The notes under the pieces: generated by a model | The model's database searches: none | What the model saw: only the letters and a program-made list of their open reading frames with translations | Told to the model about the DNA's origin: nothing | Position numbers and translations under genes: made by a program | NCBI RefSeq assembly: GCF_964355755.1 | Contig: NC_092678.1 | Span: 12,274,352 to 12,338,351, forward strand | From: Antedon mediterranea | Lineage: Eukaryota; Animalia; Echinodermata | Length of the DNA stretch: 64,000 bases | Direction: 5' to 3' | Shown: positions 12,001 through 20,800 of the stretch, in pieces | Layout of the letters: every line of letters starts with the position of its first letter | Position numbering within the stretch: the stretch's first letter is position 1

Positions 12001-15000
12001 TTGAGTTTGGTAGTTGATGAGGAAAAACAAGAGATTGTGAAAGTAAACAGTTGTGATACGCTATTTCAAGTAAAACAAAAACTGTTAAATGTTATGTTTA
12101 AGGAACAACCTTTTTCAAAAAGACCCAACGTTTCACACGTTCAGTTAGGTGAGTACACCAACAAACAAGCAATTTAATTGTATCTTGCTCCTTTATTCTG
12201 TAGATTTCAATTAAATACATAATAACCTTTTTTTTCTAAATCTAGAATGGAGAGTGAATGTAGATCAACGAATTATTTTACAAGATACCGATTTACAGAC
12301 AGAAAGAAAACTAAAAACAATTGCAGATTTTGGAGTAATATTACTGTAGTATTTTTTGTTTTGTAATAAATTAACTGTTAGAAAAATGTATTAAGCCTAT
12401 AATAATAGGCTCAATAGACATAGGTTGTGTATAGGCCGGACGTCAGTTGACACAAGCTTAACATGACGCATGCACCTTAACTAATTAATAAAAATACTTT
12501 TCTACACCAGCACGTTAGCAAACAAATAAGAGAGAGTGAATGTAGATCAACGAATTATTTTACAAGATACCGATTTACAGACAGAAAGAAAACTAAAAAC
12601 AATTGCAGATTTTGGAGTAATATTACTGTAGTATTTTTTGTTTTGTAATAAATTAACTGTTAGAAAAATGTATTAAGCCTATAATAATAGGCTCAATAGA
12701 CATAGGTTGTGTATAGGCCGGACGTCAGTTGACACAAGCTTAACATGACGCATGCACCTTAACTAATTAATAAAAATACTTTTCTACACCAGCACGTTAG
12801 CAAACAAATAAGTCGGATCTTAAATTTGAAAAATTATTTTTTTTTCAGATTCAAAATAATGCAGTGGTAGCGTTTGTAGACGTTTGGAAGGAAGATATCA
12901 ACGCGTCAGACCAGTATGATACAATTAAGCAACCAATAGTTGCTAGATATGGTAATAATGATAATATGTATTGGTATACATACTACATTCCAATTGAACC
13001 TAAACCAGAATCTACTAATATATTTCAACTTAAAAAAGAATCAGTTTCTTCTTATTTTATGTAATTATAATTGTTCAATAATAAATTAATAATATAAAAA
13101 AACAAACAATACTGTTTATAAAGTCACGGCCATTTATGTACTGAAGATTTCTTATTGGTAGTACTTTTTATTTCGGCAAACAGATTAACAAACAACATCA
13201 AAAAGCTTTATTCAGCCAATGAGTGGCAGAATAGACCAATTTATTTGTTGTTGTTTGTGCTATTGCTTTATTATTGTCTATGATCTAACTTTACTTTTTA
13301 AGAAACTAACATCTACCAAACATCAATCAATGCAGACGGCACTTTCCACATTGTGAGTGATTTTAGTTCAAATACTTTGAAACATTTACAGTCACCATTA
13401 ATTGAATAAACAACAAACAATTGATATAAATACATTTTATTGCTTATTGGACATCTGGTAATGAACTGTGAACTAAATATTCATTAAAGTAGCTTTACGC
13501 TAGTCGATAATTTGACTACACATCAGTTACTGTTGGTCGTTTAGGCGTTCTAGTTAAAAAAATATATTTAGCATACATTGCTTGTCATAACTAGAGACTT
13601 GGCAAGTGTAGTTGGTCAGTTTTGATTTTGAAATTGACTTTTTTTAGTTGGAAGGAAATGTGTACACGGGTGCGTATGATGCAATGGACGGCGAGAAGCC
13701 AGATATTGATGAATCCATCTTTGAAAGGTTAACTGAAACTAAGGTAGGAATAAATAAAAACAACATTTGTTGATTTAAACTATTTTTAAACAGTTGGGTT
13801 TTAATAGGATGCAACTTGACATGCATATGAGACGTATCACTCTAATGTATCTTGTTGTTGGTCAAACTTGTATTGTCCGTCTATTGTGTCCTCGAAACTT
13901 TTTTTATGGGAGTAAACCCGCTTTTATTGTTGTTTTGCATATATCGAACATCATTGGTTTGGTTTTCCTTAACATTTTACAGTAATAAGTATATTATTAT
14001 CTCTCAATTCCACAGCAAATTTACCAACAGCATGTTGACTCCATAATGAATAATGTATTCAGCTCATCATCGAACAACATCCACCTACCGCTATTTGTTA
14101 AATATCTTTTTGATTTTCTGGATAACATGGCGACTAAGCATGGTGTTAGTATCAATGAATTGAAGATATGGAAAAACAACAGGTATTGAAATTGCAATAC
14201 ATTGCATGTTAGAAAATGATATATTTAGGTTTTACTCAAAGCTCACAATGGTGTATCTACGATTTACATCGAAGAATTGGCTCCTAAGATGTCTGATTAT
14301 TTAACATTAAAAGAAACAAGGTTAAGAAATTTAAATTATAAATATTCAAAATTCAAATTAAAAGTGTAGGCCTAATAATTTATGTTTATATATGAGCGTT
14401 TATTTCTTCTTTTATAATGAGTATTTTCCAAATTATTTGTCTTACAATTTCAATATCAGCACGTATTTCTTCCATTTTCATACAATATAATCAAAATAGC
14501 AAGAAAAATCAGAAGTGGACTAGATCAATAATCATATTTTTATCCTTTTTTAGTTTAGCTGAAATGTTTTGGTTAAGAATTCTGAGAAACCCTGCTTATG
14601 TCTGTGACATTCAACAAACGCCCCCTATTGATATTACTCTCGGTGTCATCTCTGCTGTTTTCCGAGAATCTTGGTCAATTGAGCTGTTTGGTTTTAAAAA
14701 GGTAAAACGCAAAAGTCAATGTATTTATTTTTATATTGTATGGCTGCGTATTTTAATGTGCGACGACATCTTACCGAGACCGTTTAATGAATATCAGTTT
14801 ACTACTTTAGCTTCTGTTCAGAATCATATTTGTTCATATTATTGTTTTAGTTTTATATTTGCACGATTTTGTTGAAATTAAGAACTAACTGTAGACCTAC
14901 AGTTTGTCCAAATCTGAAATATCATAAATACACTTTGTTTTGATTATTTGGATTCTAAACCGTCACATTCGCTTCACTGTTTATTCATGTAGACCACCCT

Positions 15001-16123
15001 ACAGTTTCAAAATTATAATTAATATTTATATCTTTATACATATTATTATATCATGCAAGCAGTTACAAGCTACCGTACTGAGTTTTAATAATTATTTTGT
15101 AATATTTCATCAGCCATTTAATTTAAAAGTCTATTTTTGGTGAAAGTCATGCCAAGTTTGTTCTTTAGTGCTTTTTTAACTTTCATTCTTTATTTCAAAG
15201 AGTTCGCCAAGTCATCGACAGATGTATGTAAAAGAGATTCCACGATACCGCCAACTTGTTACTAAGTTCTATAGTGACATCAAGCATACCCCAACTTGTG
15301 ATCGCATGAACGTTATCGATGAAGTAAATTCTCTTATACAGGTATGTAAAAAGACTATCAATATTGCTATTTCTCAAAGAAACTAATAGGCATTGGTTGA
15401 GGCATATGTCAATAAACAAACATATAGACTAATAGGCATTGGTTGAGGCATATGCCAATAAGTACAAACAGAGAAAGAAATAATGGTAAAATAATATACT
15501 AATACTAATGTTTTTTATTCTCAGCCATTTAGCACATTGTTTAAGAAGTCGAGTGTGTTAGTGAATCTTCATTCATTTACAGTTAAATATTTAAGAGAGG
15601 TAAATATAAATAAATTATATACAGATATTTTGATAGTGTACCAGCAGAAAAAGAGTTACTGATCTATACACGTCGGATTTACTATACTGTACTAAACAGT
15701 TGAACTAATAGTGAACAATTAGAGTACTACAATCAACACTTTTTCATGTATTAAAATTAAAAAAAGGCTTTCCATTTTATTATCCGATTTACACACCAAA
15801 TAAAATTAATTATTACATGTGTCTTAGTAAAACAATGTGCATTTCAACATCATTCTGCCTCTAACATTTATCATTTGAGTAAACGTTGTTAATATTTTAA
15901 TATTTTAATTAAATATCAGGTTAAAGACGCATTCCTTAAAGGTACAAATAGAAATGAAAGTACTGTTGAAGTTTTTACAACAAAAGTAAGTAAGTCGTCG
16001 TCGTCGAAGGAACAAGCAGCGTATGTCAACTCAGAAATCCAGCAATGTCGTCGACACAATCAGAAAAGAAGAGAGGACACAGGTGTGATCATACTTTCTG
16101 ATGACACAAACGCTGGCTGCTAA
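1..16123 (+). CDS. Divergent plexin-like receptor gene, 3' half (spliced; IPT-TM-GAP1-RBD-GAP2), 5' end outside window
   Basis: Phase-compatible GT-AG exons: <1-55, 710-868, 1218-1416, 6481-6659, (6774-6800), 6964-7082, 10615-10680, 10908-10982, 11191-11260, 11617-11763, 11998-12148, 12246-12334, 12849-12951, 13303-13352, 13648-13743, 14016-14182, 14554-14701, 15201-15341, 15525-15599, 15920-16123. Plexin motifs: VKVNSCDTLFQVKQKLL, LPLFVKYLFDFLD, WKNNS, SSPSHRQMYVKEIPRY. Confidence 0.9.
710..868 (+). CDS. Plexin exon, last IPT/TIG domain
   Basis: cag|GSDINLASDVEDVEVFIGSVKCTVNSITRTVVLVEVPDKEPNPVDGEDHPLVM|gtagg. Confidence 0.85.
1218..1416 (+). CDS. Plexin exon, transmembrane helix
   Basis: tag|IRHGNLKFTFGSIRY...VVVIIITVVVIMAIIITIIPVYWRRSR...|gtaag; hydrophobic stretch followed by basic stop-transfer residues. 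Confidence 0.85.
1770..4330 (+). mobile_element. Non-autonomous Helitron copy 1
   Basis: Starts TC after host A; ends CTAG in a 37-nt hairpin (4294-4330); no TSD; internal duplication of about 2046-2348 at 2808-3180. Confidence 0.8.
4331..5508 (+). mobile_element. Non-autonomous Helitron copy 2 (tandem with copy 1)
   Basis: Same TCTATATATAAATTTACGTAAGGG start immediately after CTAG of copy 1; ends at the first CTAG of the terminal palindrome. Confidence 0.8.
5639..6422 (-). mobile_element. Helentron/DINE-1-like non-autonomous element
   Basis: (GTCG/GTCT)n blocks within repeated CACTATGTCGG...CCGGTATCACTATG units; terminus CACGCGACTTAATGGCTGTTGGCCTTGTT shared with 41915 and 56135 copies. Confidence 0.7.
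6481..6659 (+). CDS. Plexin exon, acidic juxtamembrane and start of cytoplasmic domain
   Basis: tag|EEKEEEFLEINEDDSEVRYMGI...HYVQCMLFLGCEMTPVMQESGY|gtaag; resembles plexin YAMRVLFPG..HPV. Confidence 0.75.
6774..6800 (+). CDS. Possible 27-nt plexin microexon (YLHHVIRKE)
   Basis: ttttgcag|...|gtagg, phase 0-0, compatible with both neighbours but not required for frame. Confidence 0.35.
6964..7082 (+). CDS. Plexin exon, GAP segment 1
   Basis: tag|TELLEDHRGLPELDLFLNEKYIMKIINILDNDSSFTSVQR|gt. Confidence 0.8.
7801..8790. repeat. Local dispersed ~55-bp repeat cluster
   Basis: Unit TTTTGAACGAAAGTATTTATTTGTTGATAAGCCCAATTTT recurs near 7815, 7870, 8090, 8465, 8507, 8741. Confidence 0.7.
9146..9504. 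mobile_element. Palindromic MITE (PIF/Harbinger-like)
   Basis: TIR GGCCCATACACTAGGACGATAACGA vs TCGTTATCGTCATAGTGTAATTGGACC; extended internal inverted symmetry; TAA/TTTA flanks. Confidence 0.6.
10615..10680 (+). CDS. Plexin exon, GAP segment 1
   Basis: tag|QNFSALFLMAMVGDDKTEYLF|gtgagt; compare GNVASLIMTVLQSKLEY. Confidence 0.8.
10908..10982 (+). CDS. Plexin exon, GAP segment 1 (arginine-finger region)
   Basis: tag|IMDMLLSKHIANKVKAKNVKLALSK|gtggg; phase 2-2 fits neighbours. Confidence 0.75.
11191..11260 (+). CDS. Plexin exon, GAP segment 1
   Basis: cag|NGETVIEHMISHVVALCMYKYTM|gtatgt; compare TESVAEKMLTNW..LLYKFL. Confidence 0.85.
11617..11763 (+). CDS. Plexin exon, end of GAP segment 1
   Basis: cag|KYVSGPLLQLVDAITTRIDSGAVDAVHHHCQYSLDENCLL...|gtaag; compare GEPLF.L..AIKQQ.EKGPIDAITGEARYSLSE. 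Confidence 0.88.
11998..12148 (+). CDS. Plexin exon, RhoGTPase-binding domain (RBD)
   Basis: tag|NLSLVVDEEKQEIVKVNSCDTLFQVKQKLLNVMFKEQPFSKRPNVSHVQL|gtgagt. Confidence 0.9.
12246..12334 (+). CDS. Plexin exon, RBD
   Basis: tag|EWRVNVDQRIILQDTDLQTERKLKTIADFG|gtaat. Confidence 0.88.
12250..12812 (+). repeat. Exact tandem duplication (282-bp period) of a plexin exon plus intron
   Basis: 12250-12530 appears identical to 12532-12812. Confidence 0.92.
12849..12951 (+). CDS. Plexin exon, RBD end and linker
   Basis: cag|IQNNAVVAFVDVWKEDINASDQYDTIKQPIVARY|gtaat. Confidence 0.8.
13303..13352 (+). CDS. Plexin exon, linker
   Basis: aag|ETNIYQTSINADGTFHI|gtgagt; FHI matches plexin WHL(V). Confidence 0.75.
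13648..13743 (+). CDS. Plexin exon, GAP segment 2 start
   Basis: tag|LEGNVYTGAYDAMDGEKPDIDESIFERLTETK|gtagg; compare EIYLTRLLATK. Confidence 0.82.
14016..14182 (+). CDS. Plexin exon, GAP segment 2
   Basis: cag|QIYQQHVDSIMNNVFS...LPLFVKYLFDFLDNMATKHG...IWKNNS|gt. Confidence 0.92.
14554..14701 (+). CDS. Plexin exon, GAP segment 2
   Basis: tag|LAEMFWLRILRNPAYVCDIQQTPPIDITLGVISAVFRESWS...|gtaaa; compare LPLRFWVN.IKNPQFVFDI. Confidence 0.9.
15201..15341 (+). CDS. Plexin exon, GAP segment 2
   Basis: aag|SSPSHRQMYVKEIPRYRQLVTKFYSDIK...|gtatgt; compare DSPSNKLLYAKDIP.YK..V.RYY.DI. Confidence 0.9.
15525..15599 (+). CDS. Plexin exon, C-terminal helices
   Basis: cag|PFSTLFKKSSVLVNLHSFTVKYLRE|gtaaa. 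Confidence 0.8.
15920..16123 (+). CDS. Plexin terminal exon
   Basis: cag|VKDAFLKG...EQAAYVNSEIQQCRRH...DDTNAGC then TAA TAG; AATAAA motifs about 250-300 nt downstream. Confidence 0.7.
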   Translation, partial: VKDAFLKGTNRNESTVEVFTTKVSKSSSSKEQAAYVNSEIQQCRRHNQKRREDTGVIILSDDTNAGC

Positions 16124-17192
16124 TAGGAGTAAATAAGTTTTTGTTTATATTTGCAAATACGTATGTTTGTCTGAATAACTATGGTAACTTTAATTTAGTT
16201 CACTAAAGATTTATAGCTACTTAAATAGGCCTATTATAAGTACCAGTAGGCCTAGAGATAAAAACGTTCACTGACCATATAAGAAAATGTGTATAATAAG
16301 CTTTTGACCAATACTAATTAACATTAAATTACATTTCTTAAAATCTATAGTAAATATAAATGGTATTGTATAAATAAATATATTAGAATACGCAGAAATC
16401 CAGTTTCAATATGCATAATGTAATGTAATAAATTTATTTCTCTTAAATATTACCATATATTAATAATAATTATATAAGTGCTTCTAATGTTTATAAAATG
16501 AAAGTTAGTGTATGTGTCATCTACACCTATGCGCAATTCAACTTAGTTAGGCTGCAAGACACATGTTATTCTCCCGCATTTACATTTACCGATGCACAAA
16601 ATATTAGTTATCTCTGTAAATATTCTAACAATAAGTATTTTAAATTTGAGTAATATTGATATTTTTTTGCGTGGCTATAAACATACTAGCATACTATTAT
16701 TCATTTAATCACGTGACAACACATACATTGGATAATATAAGTAAAAATAATGATCTAAAATTCTTTTGATGTTGAATATGCCATTTTCATGTTACATAAT
16801 AGGTAGCCTATTCACTTTGACTAAAATTTGGATAAAAACTTATTACCTGAAAAAAAAATTGTAGGCCTAATTTAAAGCAAAAAAAAAAAATCAAATTGGC
16901 TGCCAGCCAGGGGGTTTCGGTTAATTTTAACCGTTTAATTCGTCTCTTTATAAGTAGAATCATTTTGTTTGTTCGTAAGTGAATAACTTTATTAAAACTT
17001 TAAAATGGCCTATTCAAAGTCTGATTCCATGTTTTATGGAGTTAGGGTTAATAAACAAGATTTATTATCAATTTTCAAATCATAATATATTATAACCAAA
17101 TATAAAATGAATGAAATGAATAAAAATATTACTGAAAAATACCTGCTACATATCACAAATAGAAAGTGAAAAATATATTAATAATAGTTATT

Positions 17193-17610
17193 TTCATTGA
17201 GATCCAGCCACTGATACCCACAGCATTGTAATTTTTTTCAGTAATTTGCCTTTGGATTTATATATATATTTTCTACTGTTTGTATCAATTTTGATCTGAT
17301 TTTGCTGTAATTATGGAGGGTAATTTGGATAACTTTACCAAATTACGTCGCCTGTCCGAGAAACGTGTAAGATATTAATTTTATTCCTGTCCACCCAGGC
17401 AGCACTTGCCAGCTTTATACTATGACGTTATCCAAATTCCTTCACTTGCACTGATGAAGGGCTAGTGTTGCCCGAAAGCTCTGCTAACTTTTCTGGCTGT
17501 TTACTTTATCGTTTTGATTTAGCTTTTCGCTTTTTATTTTTGTATCTCCATTGAGATCCAGCCACTGATACCCACAGCATTGTCATTTTTTCAGTAATTT
17601 GCCTTTGGAT
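17193..17610 (+). mobile_element. Penelope-like pLTR / retrozyme-like insertion with hammerhead ribozyme
   Basis: 14-bp TSD TAATAATAGTTATT (17179-17192, 17611-17624); terminal direct repeat starting 17195 and 17549; internal HHR. Confidence 0.8.
17448..17484 (+). ncRNA. Minimal type I hammerhead ribozyme
   Basis: gca-CTGATGA-a-GGGC tagtgtt GCCC-GAAA-gc-TC-tgc; palindromic AGCT stem III. Confidence 0.8.
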
Positions 17611-17816
17611 TAATAATAGTTATTAGTAATAAATTATATTTTTGCGTATAACAAGGTGATGCATTTCCAAAAATATGTTTTAGTGCTCAAAATGCAAATA
17701 TTACTAAAAATACAGTAATAAAATTGTAAATATTGTTATATTTTAAAATACAATAGGACAAATTCTTGTTTGCGTAATACTTTCGAAAGCTGAATAGAAC
17801 TTCGAGTTGCTAGGTT

Positions 17817-17875
17817 TTAGCAGCAGTCTTTTTTCATTTTCAAAACGTTGTTATACTTTAGGCCACTATCATCAT
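17817..17875 (-). CDS. Terminal exon of minus-strand gene
   Basis: aacag|YDDSGLKYNNVLKMKKDCC-TAA; phase 1 fits previous exon. Confidence 0.6.
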
Positions 17876-20800
17876 CTGTTAAGGAGATAGAAATTACAAT
17901 TGTTATTATTACATAATACCACAACTTATTTTATTATATGGAATTATAATTATATTATTATGTTTATGAAAATAAAAGAGACATTTTAATTAGTATTTTT
18001 ATATATTTTCCTATCATCCTAAGGATGAACATATTGCACACAACGTCTCACACTGTACGAATCATTACAACTCGAACATATTGCACACAACGTCTCACAC
18101 TGTACGAATCATTACAACTCGAACATATTGCACACAACGTCTCACACTGTACGAATCATTACAACTCGAACATATTGCACACAACGTCTCACACTGTACG
18201 AATCATTACAACTCGATATGCTTTGACCAAAATTAAATATTACGCAGTACTTAAAATAATATAGTCTTTTTAGTGTATTTCCACATGGATATACTGGCAA
18301 CGCATTAACAAGCATTTAAAATGAGCTAGCACTTGTGATTTGTCAAATTACTCTTGCGTTGTGCGTACGTCTTTGCATTGCGCACCAACCATTATATCAT
18401 TCTTAACTTGTCGTAAGCTTCATAAAAACTTGAACGGACGGAAGTCTGCGTCGTTTTATTAATTAATGGAAACATTAAACAAAGAATTGACAGGACTTTG
18501 TCCGTAAAAAGAAAAACATGTAAATGTAGCTGTATACGGGACCTATTTTTAGTGATAAAATTAAGGTAACAATAATAACTCACATAGCCAGTTCCCCTCA
18601 TTAGATCCAGCAGTCTTGAAATCTGGCAACGTTTTTGATGAGTCCCACTTGTCCTTACTGACAAAATGCCAAGTTACTCCATTATCTTTACTGCGCATGT
18701 AACTGCGCATATCCTTGTGAATTCCATAGATATGCCCTTTGGATTGGTCCGAACCAATAACGTTGTGGAGGTACATTGGCAGTGCTATTGACGAACAATG
18801 TAAATTATGTGTATTTAGGTTCAAAGAGAATGATTTAAACGCAATTTATCAAATTAATGTCACTGTTCACCATCAGAACTAAGGTGAAGGCGAACCTACT
18901 TTGGATTTTCGCCGATTAAATAAAATGGATATGGTTTGAGGCGCTTCTGCTCTTGATTCGATATAGGATAGTGGTTTTTGGCAGCTGAAAGTTTTTAAGT
19001 GTGTAGAGGTCCATGGTTCAGTGCTACCATTGGGGTTAAAAAATATTAAATCATTAAACTCACCTTTCCATCTCCCATTTGGTGGATCATCTTGTACATA
19101 ACAGGACGGAACAAACTTCTGGGATAGACGTCCATATGAAGGATTACAAGCAAAAATGATGTAGTTAGCTGGATCGTTCAATTTCTTAGTTATTACAAAA
19201 CCCCGATCATAATAATCTGTCAACATAAAAATGCAATGTGGGCAATGTATGAGTTATTCGTTGGTTCTTGAAATAAATTTAAATAATGATACACGTGCTA
19301 TACATTGCAGTAATAACTGATTTGCATGGTATTTAAAAAAAATCATGTGGAATATAAAGTTACTACACAAAGACAAGTTCACACATCACTGCATAAAACA
19401 AATGTATGGCATTGTATATTAAAGCTCTTTCTATTAGTGGTAAGTGAGTGTGGCATTGCTAATAATCGCACGTGCAGGCGTCAACACTAAATACCCAGAC
19501 TTGGAACGTAGTGTTTTGGATGTTATCAATTATGGCCCCCGTAAAAAAAAAGTTTTTTTTCTTCAAAATATTAACTGATTTGTTTATTAAAGAAAGTACC
19601 TGAAACTGGACAGTTACTAGAATCTCTGACACACACAGTATGCTTTCCGTCTTCGCATTTATGGGCACCAGCTACACAACAATCGCACTGGTTAGATCCC
19701 AAGTCGTAATGGCAGACACATGTCTGAGTATTAGCCCACTTGCTGTACCTCATCACAGTTTCTTTAGCATAGTTTGGTACACGTATCTCTGACGAATAAT
19801 TATGTACTCTCTTTTATTTTGTGTTTAGAGTTCAATTTGGTTCCATTTTATTCGACTACAATATTTTAAGAACGTGGTGCTGGTTTGTAGGCTTAAAAAC
19901 TGTTTTACTAAACATTGAATTGATTAAACTAAGAATACTCAAATAAATCAATGGATCAATTTTGTTCATATAAAATCTTGATTTACTTTGAAACGACCAA
20001 CGTTGGCGCTTTTCCAATTCGTTCAATACAGTAGCTATGTAATCTTTATACTACCTTGAGACATAGAATATTCACAAATGGCTGGTAAGATAGCGGTACA
20101 CTCCATAACGTCCCAGCCTCCAAGATCAGTACTGATGTCGTCTCTTGTGTCGTAGATCTCTATATAAGCCGCAGTTCCACAGTCTTTATTCGAGCTTGTC
20201 CCGGGTCTGTTAGGTAGCCATTTTGTATATGACGCTGATGAACCGTCTGTCCACTTGAACTCATCACCCTAGTAGTATGAAACGTGTAATAATTTCTATA
20301 TAAATTCACGTCATTCGATTAGCCATGATATATCTTCAACCATACTTCTTTTATTACATCGTTTTGTTCATGGTATCGTTTTAAAACAATTATTACCTAT
20401 AAAAGTAATAATTATAAAAATATAATAATATAATATAATACTTACTCCAACGTCTTTCAAACCAATCCAATATCTGTAAGGCGATTGTATAGAAACAAGG
20501 CCCCGAAGAAATTGTTGTTCAAAAGCATCTTTGATCGTGACTAATTGCGCATTGTCTGCTTCACAGGCCACCTTTGCTGCATCCCAAGTTTCTAGCGTGT
20601 CGTTGAACACTCGGTAACACGTTTTCTTGTAAGGTGTATAACCAGGTCGACATACATCTTAGATTTTAAATTTAATAGTATATTAATTCACTTCGCCAAA
20701 ATGATCGGTATTTTCTCTAAAAATGACATTATTACTATAACATCATGGGCAAATTCCAAGATTATAGCGTTACATATTATGTATCACATGTGACGCCTTT

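Noticed and set aside
18027-18216. Regular repeats resembling a CRISPR array
   Set aside because: Units are contiguous identical 47-mers with no unique spacers, in a eukaryotic intron; this is a minisatellite.
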